DNA from: Heterodontus francisci
Lineage: Eukaryota
Direction: 5' to 3'
NCBI RefSeq assembly: GCF_036365525.1
Contig: NW_027141237.1
Coordinates: 744,001-808,000 of the forward strand
DNA length: 64,000 bases
Shown: piece by piece, positions 48,662 through 61,400 of the stretch
Layout of the letters: each line of letters starts with the position of its first letter
Numbering within the stretch: position 1 is the stretch's first letter
Made by a program: the position numbers and the translations under genes
The notes under the pieces: model-generated
The model's database searches: none
What the model was told of the DNA's origin: nothing
The model's input: the letters and a program-made list of their open reading frames with translations, nothing else

Positions 48662-49674
48662 TATGTTCAAAATGAGGAATTGTGTGAACATACAGCAGAT
48701 AAACCTGCAAATGCTAACAGAAGTAATACTTTCAGCATGGATGGTCTTGACACTGACAAAACCTGAGGACACCTGATAATATGAAGTAAAACAGACGCCA
48801 TTGCACTGTATTTTGGACTATGAACATTTATATTCCAAAAATATGCTCTATTCATAATTGTTTTCAACAATTACGGAACAGTTTGTACAAATACATTAAA
48901 AAAAATTCAAATTGGCCATTTCATAAAGTGCAATAAAGATCAGTTTCTTTCAATACGGTACATGAGGTGCCTCACTACTCTTGCCATTCCAGGTTATATT
49001 TACAATGTACATATGCAGAAATCCTGATGCCAAAACTAATTTCAAATCTGTAACCAACACATGATTTTCAGTACTTATGAACCACACATACATCTGTACC
49101 TTCATTGTGATCAGAATCCAAATCATAAGCACCAACGCTGTTACTACTGAGAGTACAATTGTCCAGGAAAATGCCCCTAAAATATTCAAAAAGATCTTGC
49201 TGTTCATTATTGTTCTAAGATTACAACATGGGGGTAATATCAATCTTATCCGTGCGTATAGGCACCTTTCCTACCTTTTGACATCATAAAAGTAGGAGTC
49301 TGAATTGCTCCATCTGTTCTTCAAACCTCGGGTCTCTGACCCACGTGCAGCACCTTATCAAATGTGTTTTGGAAGTATATAGAGATAACGCTTATAGACA
49401 TTCCCTGACCTTTTTGTCAGTCACAGTTTCAAAATAAAATCTTAGTCAGACATGGGCAGCACTTCCATCCATACTGACTCTCATTATCAGCCTGTACTTG
49501 TTCAGATGCTCATCCACTCTGTCCCTGATGATAAATTCCAGTAACTTCCCTCCAATTGAAATTAACCTGACAGATCAGGAGTTTTCTGGCATCTTCGTTC
49601 TTGCTGTCTTCAAAATGGAATTACATGTGAAATTATCCAGGGGGTATGGGGCCGAATTCGCGAACCTTAAATCC

Positions 49675-49955
49675 CTGCTGGTGTCCCTGTCTCGCTCAGT
49701 TACTGCCCCTCTCACCATCTGCACCTGCTGGTGTCCCTGTCTCACTGCAGTTCTTGCCCCTCTCACCATCTCCATCTGCTCATGTCCTGGTCTCAGTGTA
49801 CTCAGTTACTGTCCCTCTCGCCATCTCCATCTGTTGGTGTCCCTGTCTCACTGCAGTTTCTGCCGCGATCACCATCTGCACCTGCTGGTGTCCCTGTCTC
49901 ACTGCAGTTATGCCCATCTCACCATCTCCATCTGCTCGTGTCCCTGTCTCACTGA
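49675..49955. repeat. Minisatellite, about 51 bp unit, 5-6 copies
   Basis: Unit ~ gtgtccctgtctcactgcagtt..tgcccctctcaccatctgcacctgctg at 49681, 49731, 49782, 49837, 49888 and 49938. Confidence 0.9.
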
Positions 49956-51779
49956 AACCAGGGAAGTGTCATCTCAGCATGTTAATCAGGAGGACTTGGT
50001 GAACTGGCTATGCATTTGTTGTGGTCTCTGATGCCTCGGTCGATGCCAGGCGCTCCTCCTGGCTTTATTCGTTGAGGGTGTTTTTTTTCTGCAGTGGCTT
50101 CATACGACTGAGTGGTTTTCTAGGCCATTAGGTCGACAATGTTCTGGAGGATACCTTGCATAAGGGCCGCAGGAGGAGATATTAATGAACAAGACGGAAT
50201 TGTAATGAGACTCCAGCAGCTTTATGGTCAACATTACTGGTATTAATTTATATAAATATTTAATTCATTTAGTTAAACTCCTCAACTGCCACGGTGGGGT
50301 TCGAACTGAATCTTTGGATCAGTAGTGTAGGCCTCCAGCTAATTAATACAGCAACATAATCACTCGGCTGCCATAGACCTGCCTATCGTTCAAGGCAATT
50401 CTCTAGTTTGTCTACTTTAGTCTCATTCTCAGTTCTTTGTCACATTCGTTCTTCTCAGTCCTTTCACCCTATCCAGTAATATGCAAGGAGAGATGAAGAC
50501 AGAATTTGAATTAATGAAGGGCTTTTCATGTCTTCCGCACTTTTCAGTCAATGAAAGAACTTGTGATGTGCAGTCACTGTTGTGAGTGAGGGAGTTGGCC
50601 CGAAAGGGTCATGTTGAGAGAAAGTGATTTTCACCTGTGTTGAAGTGCAAGGGAACTGAATAAAATGGACTCTTTTCACACCTATCATACAACATTAAAC
50701 GCGGGATCGGTCCATATTTCCCTTGCCCTTAGTGTAAAGATGCTCTCTCAGATTTCCCAAGTTGTGTGCTCTGTTTAGTAAATGGCAGCCTTGTATCTTC
50801 CTGATATATCAGCTCTGAGGAACTATAAAGTGGTCTGATAACTGTCGTTTCCTAATTCGTGGATGATGTCGCAATTGCATGCAGGCAGCATTCCAAAAAA
50901 AACGGAAGATTACTTGCATGTACTGGAAGGAATTGACATCTTGAGTCATTGTATTTTTCCAAGCACATTTACCGCAATGCTTCTCTTATAAATAACATAC
51001 TTTAACTGAATCTCAGGATAATAGTAATTTTAAGCTTCAGAATGAAGTTTACACGGTAGCATAATAAAAGGCTTTCTTAAATCCCAACTCCAGACAATGA
51101 CCTTCATTGAGGTCACCAACCTATATTCAGTGTAATAGTGTTAAACAGCCAGTGTTAAAACTGTCTAGTATTGAGCTGTACAACAATTAGACAAGGTCTC
51201 CCGAGTGTTAGGCCGGAGTTACGGCCCCACAGGGCTGCTCCTGTTGGTGACTCTCTGCCCATCTCTGCAATAACTCATCACGGCAATTTTCTTGAGTCGT
51301 GGCCATCGTAATGTAGAGAATTGGACACATACTCCAATTTCCTCCACTGACTGCTGTGTGGTATTTGTGATAGAGCATAAAACATAGGCGATCAACACTT
51401 GGCTTTGGCCGGCATCCAGCCAGATAGGTGGCAAAAATGGAGGCAGACCTCTGGTTCAGACTCATGCTAGACATATACCAGTGGAGCCCTATCTAATTTA
51501 CCCTGGGTGACCATATTTCAGAAGCAATGACTGATATCCTTCTACTAACATGGGCCATGTTCTGGAACTTGTCAAGTAATTGTTTTGAAAATTGCCCTGA
51601 GTATATGTGACATGAATCCTTGTTTATGCTACAAGGTCTCTCTGTTTTCCAGTCAAAATAGTTTCCATTGGTTGATTAATGAAATGTATAATCAAGCCCG
51701 GATTTGCATACCTGACAAAGAAATAAATCATTTGTATTTACTTAGCGTGCTTCACGTTCACCTGATGTCCTGTGTCGGA

Positions 51780-53420
51780 ACGGCTGGCGTCGTGATAATA
51801 TTACTGGGCTAGCAATTCAGAGGCCCCAAATAATGCTCGGTGGACCCGAGTTCTAAGCCCACGAAGCAGCTAGAATCATAGAGTCGTACAGCATAGAAAC
51901 AGGCCCTTCGGCCCACCACGTCCATGCCGACCATAATGCCTATCTAAACTAATCCCACCTGCCTGCATTAATTCCATATCCCTCTATGCCTTGCTCATTC
52001 AAGTACCTGTCCAGATGCCTCTTAAATGTTGCTACTATTCCTGCCTCCACCATCTCCTCAGGCAGCTCATTCCAGATACCCACGACTCTTTGTCTGAAAA
52101 ATGTACCCATTTGATCCCCTTGAAACATTCTCCCTCTCACCTTAAATCTATGCTCTCTAGTTTTAGTCACCCCTACCATGGGAAACAGACTCTGGCTATC
52201 TACTCTATCTATCCCTCTCATAATTTTATACACCTCTATCATGTCCCCTCTCAGCCTCCTTCGCTCCAGGGAAAACAGACCCAGCCTACCCATTCTCTCT
52301 TTATAACTCAAGCCATCCAAACCAGGCAACATCCTTGTGATTTGGGTGAATTTAATTAAATTAATCAATAAATATGTTGATTGTGAAACTCCGAATTGTT
52401 GCAACAACGCATGTCGTTCACTAATGCCCTTTAGGGAAGGAAATCCACTGATCTGGCCAACATGTGACTTCAGACCCACAGCAATGTGTTTGCCTCTCAG
52501 CTGCCCTGTGACATGGCCTAGGAGCCCATTCGGTTATAGATAACTGCGACATAAACGTTGTAAAAGAATAAAACCGGATGGAACACACGACATTGACCTG
52601 GGCACCGAAACGATAACTACATACCCCACACACGACCCTGCAAAGCCCTGCAAAGGGACTTGTGCCAAAATTGGGAGAGCTGTCTAGTCAAACAACAGCC
52701 TGCAATAGTTATACTTACAAACTCAGAGCCAACAGCTACAGCACTGACATCCAACCTACAATGTGGAAAATTGCTCAGGTGAGTCCAGTCCATAAAAAGC
52801 TGGATAAATTCATTGAGGTCAATTACTGTCCCACCAGTTTACAAAGTGTTGGAAGCTGTTGTCGACAGTGCTATCAAGCGACACTTACTCAGCAATAAAC
52901 TGCTCACTGATGCTCACTTTGGATTCCGCAAGTGTCACTCCGCTTTTGGTCTCAGTACAATTTCGGACAAAAATCATCAAAAGAGGCGAGGTAAGAGTGA
53001 CTGCCCTTGACATCAAGGCAGCACCTTCAACATTCACTCTCTCCACCACCGGCACACAGTTGCAGCAGTGTGCACCATCTACAAGATACACTGCAGCAAC
53101 TCGCCAACGCTCTGTCAGCAGCATCTTACAAATCCACGATCTCTATCACCTAGAAGGACAAGGGCAACAGTTGCATGGGAACACCACTACCAGGAAGTTC
53201 CCCTCCAAGCCAAACATCATCCTGATGTGGAACTCTATTGTCGTTCCTTCACCATTGCTGGGTCAACACACGGAACTCCCTCCTGAACAGCACGGTGAGT
53301 TGAACTACGCCACATGGACTGCAGCTTTTCAACATGGACTGCAGCTCACTACTGCCTTCTCAAAGGCAGTTATGGATGGGTAACAAATGTTGGCATTGCC
53401 AGCGATGCCCACATCCCTCG
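51780..53420 (+). mobile_element. tRNA-headed, internally deleted L2-type LINE, interrupted by CR1
   Basis: SINE-like head and body, then ORF2 pieces (MWKIAQVSPVHKK; RGEVRVTALDIKAA), then the LINE 3' end. Confidence 0.7.
51872..52335 (-). mobile_element. Young CR1 3' fragment
   Basis: Open ORF RMLPGLDGLSYKERMGRLGLFSLERRRLRGDMIEVYKIM..GYGINAGRWD. Confidence 0.9.
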
Positions 53421-53424
53421 AAAG

Positions 53425-53815
53425 TTTTAAAAAATCGCTTTTGGAAGTGCAGTTGCTGTTGTAATGCAGGAAACACGGCAGCCAATTTATGCACAGCAAG
53501 CGCCCACAAACAGCATGTGATAATGTCTAAATAATCTGTTTTAGTGACGTTCAGTGACAGATAAAATAAAATGTTGATCTAGAAGAACTCGTCTGTTCTT
53601 CTTCGAAATCATGCCATGGGATATTTTATGTCAATCTGTGAGCACAGATGGGGCCTCAGTTTAAAGTTTCATCTGTAAGATAGCTCTTCGACATTGCAGC
53701 ACATCCTCAATCTTAAACTCAGGTTGTTCTTTCCTTAACTGAAGTCTCTGGACTGAGACTTGAATCCACCAACTTCTGGCACAGAGATAAGAGTGTTACT
53801 CATTGCTCCATGGGT
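53425..53815 (-). mobile_element. SacSINE1/Deu-domain SINE
   Basis: Reverse-complement homolog of 33795-34215. Confidence 0.7.
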
Positions 53816-53899
53816 GACATTACCCTGTGACCTTTGAACATCTTTGTGGAAGAGGTTGGGTCGCTAGAAGATGATGCCAAGAAAGTTGGGTGAGTTTCT

Positions 53900-55042
53900 C
53901 CATTCCATGAATTACGTAGTTCATATTTCAACCACGGTGCTTAGGTGGTAACATATTGGCATGGTTAGATAATTAGTTAGTTAACAGAAAACAGCGAGTA
54001 GGGATAAATGTGTCATTTTATGGTTGGCCAGTTTTTAGTTGTGGAGTTCCACAATGATCAGTGCTGTGGCCTCAACTGTTTAAAATCTATATCAATGACT
54101 TGGATGAAAGAACCGAATGTACGGTAGCTAAAGTTGCTGATGACGCAAAGGTAGGTAGGAAAGTAAGCTGTCAAAGGGGCATAAAGAGTCGACAAAGGGA
54201 TTTGGATAAGTGAGTGCAAAGTTTGTCAGGTGGAGTACAATGTGGGAACATGTGAACTTGTCCACTTTGGCAGGAACAATAGAAAAGCAGCATATGACTT
54301 GAATGGAGGGAGACTGCAGAACTGTACGTTACAGAGGGATCCTCATATATGAATTACAAAATATTAGTATGCAGGTACAGAAAGTGATTCGGAAGGCAAA
54401 TGGAATGTGAGCAATTATTCCAAGGGGATGGAGTATAAAAGTGGGGAAGTGTTGCTGCAGCTGTACAGGGCATTGGTTAGACTGCAGCTGGAGTACTGTG
54501 TACCATTTTAGTCTCCTTACTTAAGAAAGGATATCACTGCATTAGAAGCAGTTCAGAGACGGTTCAGTCGACTGATTCCTGGGATGAAGCGGTGATCTTA
54601 TGAAGAAAGGCTAAGCAGCTTGGTCCTTTACCCATTGTAATTTAGAAGAATGAGTGGTGATCTTATTGAAACATATGAGTTCCTGAGGGACGTGACAGAG
54701 TGGATGTGAGAGGATGTTTCCCCTTGTGGGGGAGTCTATAACTAGGGGATGCAGTTTAAAATTAGGGGTCTTCCATTCAAGACTTAAATGAGGATTTTTG
54801 TTTTTTAGGGTCGTTAATCTTTGCAATTCTCTTCCCCAGAGAGCAGTGAAGGCTGACTCATTGAATACATTCAAGGCTGAATTAGATAGAGTTTTAATCG
54901 GAAAGGGAGTCAAGGGTCCTGGGGAGCAGACAGGAAAGTGGATTTCAGGCCGCAACCAGATCAGCCATTACCTTATTCAATGGTGGAGCAGGCTCGAGTG
55001 GCCGAATGACCTACTCCTGTTCTTAATTCTTGTGTTCTTATG
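53900..55042 (+). mobile_element. CR1 ORF2 3' fragment
   Basis: RT-end motifs (IYINDLDE, KVADD), FFRVVNLCNSLPQRAV and the 3' tail. Confidence 0.85.
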
Positions 55043-55349
55043 GTAGAGAACAAAGGCTCCAGCCGCAGGTTCTCGGATAAAACGGCCTTTTTGAGTTTAT
55101 TCTTCTTATTCCTGTTGAAGATTGTCATAGCCGAGGAATTATTCGGTGTGAATTTTTCCCACACCATGTGATGCCAAAGCTAAGTGTTGGGAAGTAAATA
55201 TCGGCTCAGGTGGGAATGCAAAATGCGTGACATCGCACCGGGTACCCCAGTTAAATTTCAGCCTTTGGATGTGGAAATTACTGCCTCTGGATTTTACCTA
55301 GTCACTGAGGAAATTCTAACCAATAATCACATGGTCAAGTCTGTTTAAT

Positions 55350-55366
55350 TTCCCAGAAACGGAAAC
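55350..55366 (+). promoter_or_regulatory. Overlapping GAS (STAT) and ISRE/IRF-like motif upstream of gene 3
   Basis: TTCCCAGAA (TTCNNNGAA) overlaps GAAACGGAAA (GAAANNGAAA), about 80-90 bp before the ATG. Confidence 0.5.
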
Positions 55367-55443
55367 GAGAACAGCTTCTTGTTTTGCTAACTGATACACT
55401 TGGCTATTTTTCTGCGTTTAGTCCACACTCAACAGCCAACAGT

Positions 55444-55495
55444 ATGAAGAGTCTTATTCTTGGCCTTTCCGTTTTTCTCCACGTTCTAAATTCAG
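55444..55495 (+). CDS. Gene 3 leader exon
   Basis: MKSLILGLSVFLHVLNS+G, donor GTAACC. Confidence 0.78.
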
Positions 55496-58400
55496 GTAAC
55501 CTTTACAACTAATTTGACATTTATTTTTATTTTTGTTGTGGCACCCAATGGGGGCGAAATTCGATTTGAGCGACTAATTTCTATTGAAATCAGAGGGTGC
55601 AATACTGGACAGGAGAACGGGTGCCGAATACAATACCGCCCGTTTTGCCTCACCGCCTCTGTCAAATTTCATCCCCATCATGTTCGGTATTAACCAACAT
55701 GTAATACAATGGATGGAATTCCTCTCTTTGCGACTTCAAACTCAAGTAAGAGTGAAAATGTGAGTTTGATAATACTGTGGGGCTATGTAGATGGTGTCCT
55801 TTAATACACCGAGAGGCAAATACCTTTCAACACCCCACACTCACCTAGACCCCTTGATTACTAGTTTTATTTCATTAAGTATATTATCAACGGCTGCTAA
55901 CTAATATGTGGATGCATTGAATCAAAGGGAACTGGATAAATATTTGAAGAGAATAAATTTGCAGCGCTAAAGGGAAAAGGCAGGAAAGTGAAACTAGATC
56001 AGTCGCTCTTGTACAGAGCTGGCATAGACACAACGGGTTGAATGGCCTCCTTCTGTGCTGAAATCATTCTATGATTCTATTCCCCCTAGTCATGGCCATC
56101 CGTTCCCATCATGGATTTCACAAGCAGCACACTGGGCTAAGTGACTCAAGTCCGGGAGGCTCTGCAATATTTACTGAAAAAGAAACTGATTGTGTCAAGG
56201 AAGTGGAAGGTCTGGGAGTTGCTTTAATTTCATTGTAAGTTTTAGGTCAATCAGAATTACACTTTAAGTTGGGAAATCAGATCTAAATGGGACTTACCGT
56301 TCAGATGAGCTACAAACCGACACGGCTCCGAGGGTGCTTTCACAGGCTTCACAGGCTTTATTGCGTTTTCCACAATAAGCACAAAATCGTGATACTTAAC
56401 AAAGGGCAGTTGTCAGCATTTGTATTCACGATGGAATACCGGTCCTCAACCTTTGGCTAACTTTGGCGCCTTGCCTTTTGATTGAAGTCTACCTTCTGTC
56501 TTATTCTGGATGATGCTGCACACTTTTGGGGTCTTACAATTTCTAAATTTATGTACCTTTCCCCGCTTAGTTCTGTGCCATATTTGGTGAAACCTGTTTC
56601 TGTTCATCTGATTAGTCAGTCATTACCTAAATTCCCTTCCATGATGGTTCTTTAAGCCATGTTTAGGTCATTGTCATTGTCATTCAAGGGCTGCAACTTG
56701 GTGTGTCCTTGCTGTGTATTCATCCACAGTGACCACTCCATGAGATTGATATGTGCTTGCCCTGCTTCACAGCTATTTCGCTGGACATGTTTACAGTCTT
56801 TTCTGATTAAAACGCTAACAGGATCCCTGGGGTAATCCACAGTCTAACGACGTTTAAATAAACGGTCTTTGCATGGTCTGGATTAACACTTCCCATTGCT
56901 TCTCCGCATGTCATGAATTGTACGGAACTTTAGCTCACATCATGCTTTGTCGTAATGTTACATATGAAATACAATTTTAACTGTTATACTTAAGGATAAG
57001 ACAACAAGGTCTAACAGTGCTATAATAAAATCAACTCAATCCTACAGCAGTTTTACGGAAGTGACATTTTCAGCCAATGTCAAATTTGCTCTGGGAATTT
57101 GGATCTTTCCACAAAAAGGGCAGCACTTTGCAGGCGGGCCGGCGCATTGATCCAAATATGTGAGAACAAAAAAAAAATCAAAGGCCTCTCCCTGGAAGGC
57201 AGAGTCGGTGTCAGGCCTACTGTGAAAAATTTGAAAGCTGGGAATTATTGTGTCAAGTTTAACCAGTCACGTTTACTCCTGTTTGTTCGACATTAATTCA
57301 CTCACTATTTTAACTAAACGTTCAACTGTTTTCTAAGTTTTTAATAGTTTAATGATTCAGTTTAGTTGTTGGACAGAGTAATGCCATATCAATGGGCTTA
57401 GCGCAGCTGCTACAACATAGATTGCTGTAAAAAAAAATGAGAGTTGCAGGCAGGCCAGGGGAGCATTGGAATTGTCCAGTATGGAGAGAACAGATGCATG
57501 GTTGAGTTTTTTAGTAGCTGTTAAGCTAAGGCTGGAGCAGGGTCAGGCGATGTTGCTGTGGTGGACGTTATGGTAGACTTGTTGATGGTGATGATATTGA
57601 CTCGGAAGCTCGGCTTGGAGTTAAGTAGGGCGCCATGATTGTGAATGTTCTGATTCAGCCTTTGACGGTGGCGGGGGACAGAGATAGAGCCGTTCGTTTG
57701 GGAATGGATTTAAGGAGTAAAGCTGAATACTTATCCAGACGTGTCCCGTCCTGTTTAGTAACATATTTTGTTCCGACATAGGTACCACTGAGGATGGACG
57801 TGGTGTAGATAGTACAGAACTGGCTCTTTCCAACGGATCAAGCCTGGTTTTACTGCCTTGTTCCTCCTCGCTTCCCCATGGAGTTAAAGAGATCCAGTGG
57901 ATATTTGAACCTGCCTCGGGAAACCATGGGACTAGACTTTGCACAATCGATAAGAAGAAGCATCAGTGTAACTCCACGACATACTCGAATATAAAACTGG
58001 CAGAGCCAAAGGATTTCACCATGGGGAATTATTCTCTTTACTTTAACGCGACAATGGAATATACTGGAAATTATTACTGTTTCTTGTATCCAGAAGACCT
58101 AATTCAGAGGATGGAAATTCGTCTGATAGTGATTAATGGTAAGTTACTGAAACCATGTCATTGTCCAGTTATATCTCTGACACAAACTGCTCCATCATTT
58201 TTCCTATTTGTACCAATGTTCTGTTAGACTCTAATTTATTAAATACCAGATGTTTGTTCATTAGTTTCGTGGAAAAGAGTAGCATTAAAACAGTGCCACT
58301 GGCCAGAGTTATTGCACACATCTAAAACCCTTTCTAAACCCTAAATGTAAACACTAAATTTTGTGGAAATATATTTACAAAGCTTTGGTTAGTCGCCAAC

Positions 58401-61400
58401 TGGAGTATTGTGTCCAGTTCTGTTCATTACACTTCAAGAAGGATGTGTGGGCTCTTGAGAGGGTGAAGAGGAGATTTATCAGAATGATTCCAGCGATGAG
58501 GGATTTTCTGCAAGGTTAAGTTGAAAAAGTTGAGTTTGTTCTCCTTAGAACAAAGCAGATTGAAGGGAGATTTAATAGAACTGTATACGATGATGACAGG
58601 CTTAGATATGCTCGATGAGAAAAAAACTGCCCCCATTAACTCATGGTACAAGGACTAGGGGACACAGATTGAATGTTTTGGGCAAGAGATGCAGGGCGAA
58701 TATGAGAAAGCACTTTATTACACAACATGTGGTAATGACCTGGAACTGACTGCCCACAAGGGTGGTGGAAGTAGGGACAATCAATGATTTCAATAGGATG
58801 TTGGATGGTCACCTGAGAGAAATAGTCTTGCAGGGCTACTGGGATCCAAACGGGGAATAGGACTAACAGCAGAGATTCGTGGAGAGACTGCATGGACTGT
58901 ATGGGCGAATGACCTCCTTCCGTTCTCGAAATGACTCTGTGCTCCCATGGGAAATCAGTTGCATTTCTGGAACCTTCCCCTCAGCACTTCTGCTCGAAAC
59001 TCACTGGGGTAGAAATTGACTTCGAGGGGATTGACTCTTGGCTGGCGAGCATGTGAGCAGGCCACAAAACACATCCCATTGAAGAGATGCAAATGCTCTT
59101 TAAGGTCGTCAGTGATTTGGTTTCTCTCTCCAACTAAAAACACAGGCAATACCGCTGAACAGTGCATGCACGTGAATCATTCGAATGAGGTTGGGCTTTG
59201 GACCATAAGGTGTGGCAGGCCCAGCAGCTGCACTGGCCCACTGTGCGTGACCGAATTTCCAGGCCACAGTATAATCCATGGCGCATTCTATCAGTTTAAC
59301 TGGTTCTCCTCTTCCCACAGTGTCTGTGACTCCGGCCCGTGCGATTCCCCTGGAGAGCTCCGTGTTCCTGACCTGTGAGATTTCTGACCTGTCTTATTTT
59401 AACAGCATTGATTGGAGCACTGACAGCAACGTAATAACTGGGAAAGAGATTGAAATTCAGTGGAAGTTGAACAACGAGCTGATTCATCAAGACCAGCGGC
59501 GGAAGTTTGATTTCAGGAGTTTGAATATCAGCAATGTTCAACGAGGTGATGCCGGACGTTACACGTATACTGTCAGATACAAGAATGGAAAGTCATTTTG
59601 CTCTTATAACTCTCTCTTGGAGATATCAGGTTAGCCAGAATCTTAAACTTCCATTTGCGTGTGATGTTTGACATCAATTTGGTCCCAAAATCAAAGAATC
59701 ATAGAAATGTTATATATAGCACAGGAGACCATTGGGCACATCGTGTGTGTGCCAGCTCTCAGCAAGATCAACTCAATTCGACCCATTTCCCCACTTTTTT
59801 TTGTTCCTATCCTCCTGCGTTTTCTAGTCTCCTTTCATAGGATGGAGGCTTCGTTGGCTAGGCCAGCATTTATTGCCCATCCATATTTGCCCTTGAGAAT
59901 GTGGTGATGAGCTGCCTTACTGAACCACTGCAGTCCATGTAGTGTAGGTACACCCACAGTTCTATAAGGAAGAGAGATCCAGGATATTGACACAGTAATG
60001 GAGAAGGAAGGCCGTTAGAGTTCCAAGGCAGGATGGTGTGTGGCTTGTAACGGAACTTGCAAGTGGTGGTGTTCGCACTAAAGGCCTGGTAAGGTCAGGA
60101 AAGAAAGACGACTGAACCGGACTCGTCCCGTCTCCTACCATTTTTATCCCGCGCCTGATCCAACCTAACCCGACTCGATCATTTGAATGTTCACTTTACC
60201 TACCTTTCGATTTTCACTTTTTCAGTTTGTGCAGATAAGCAACAAAATCTGTAACTGGACTTGAAAGGTTGTTTAAAAAGATGAAGATTGGAGCCACAAA
60301 GTCAGTGATTGTTTGGTCACTAGTTAAACAGAAACTCTTGGAGTTGTGCCCAGACAGGTTGTGCCACACAGTACCAGTATTGCTTACAATAAACACAATT
60401 GCCCGAAGGCTCAGTACTGTATGTGTGTCGACTAGAGTCCTGACAGTGATCATTGTATTTTTTTTCATATGAATGTGTTATATGCTATAATCATTATTCA
60501 CTCTGGACCTTCCTGGTCTATGCATCTCAGCTGCTCACTGGATAAACTCGCAGTAAGTATTTCAACCTGTAAAGCAGGAGTCTAGGTAATGTATAATTAT
60601 ATATTCTGAGCCTTCGGGCAATTGCTGTGTTTATTTTAAGCAATACTGGGTACAGTGTGACACAACCTGTCTGGGCACAACTCCATGAGTTTCTGTTTCA
60701 GACGTGATCAAACAATCACTGACTTCGTGGCTCCGATCTTCATCTTTTTTAAACAGCCTTTTAAGTCCAAATGCAGGTTTTGTTGCTTTTCTGCACAAAC
60801 TGAAAACGTGAAAAAAAGAAAGTAGGGCAAAGTGAACATTCTGGTTTTCGGGTCGGGCACGGAAAGAAAAGTGAAAAAACTCGGGCCGGGTCAGGCTTGG
60901 GTCAGGTCGGGTTCAGGTTAAAAATGAATTGACTTGGGCCGGGTCGGGTTTCAGTCGGATGTAGTTCTGTCGGGGTCGGGTCGGGTTTCCTTTGCAGACC
61001 CGAGCAAGCCTTTACTGCAAGTGCAGATCTGCAGTACTGTTTGTTTAAAGACTTCTGCTGGTTGACCAGCATACACACCACCAGCAGCTCGCACGCATCT
61101 GCTTCCCTCCTCCTTCTAGGTGATGGAGGTCACAAGTTCAGAAGGTGCTGCCGAAGCTGGCTTGGTGAGTAGCTGCAGTGCATCTTGTAGATGGTACACA
61201 CTGCTGCAATTGTGTGTCAGTGGTTGTAGAGGGAGTGAATGTTAAAGGTGGTAGGTGGGGTGTCGATCAATTATCTCTTCAGATAATGATCCAATATCCT
61301 TTTGAAAGCAGGATGGAATCTGCCTCCAGCGGACTCTGGTTCAGTGCATTCCATATCCTAACCAGTCATTGCATAAAACAGCCGATTGTTGCCATTTTTT

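Noticed and set aside
49675-49955. CRISPR-like array
   Set aside because: Tandem units without unique spacers, in a vertebrate context.
49498-50031. 177-aa and 118-aa Cys-rich ORFs
   Set aside because: Explained by the minisatellite; no splice or domain evidence.
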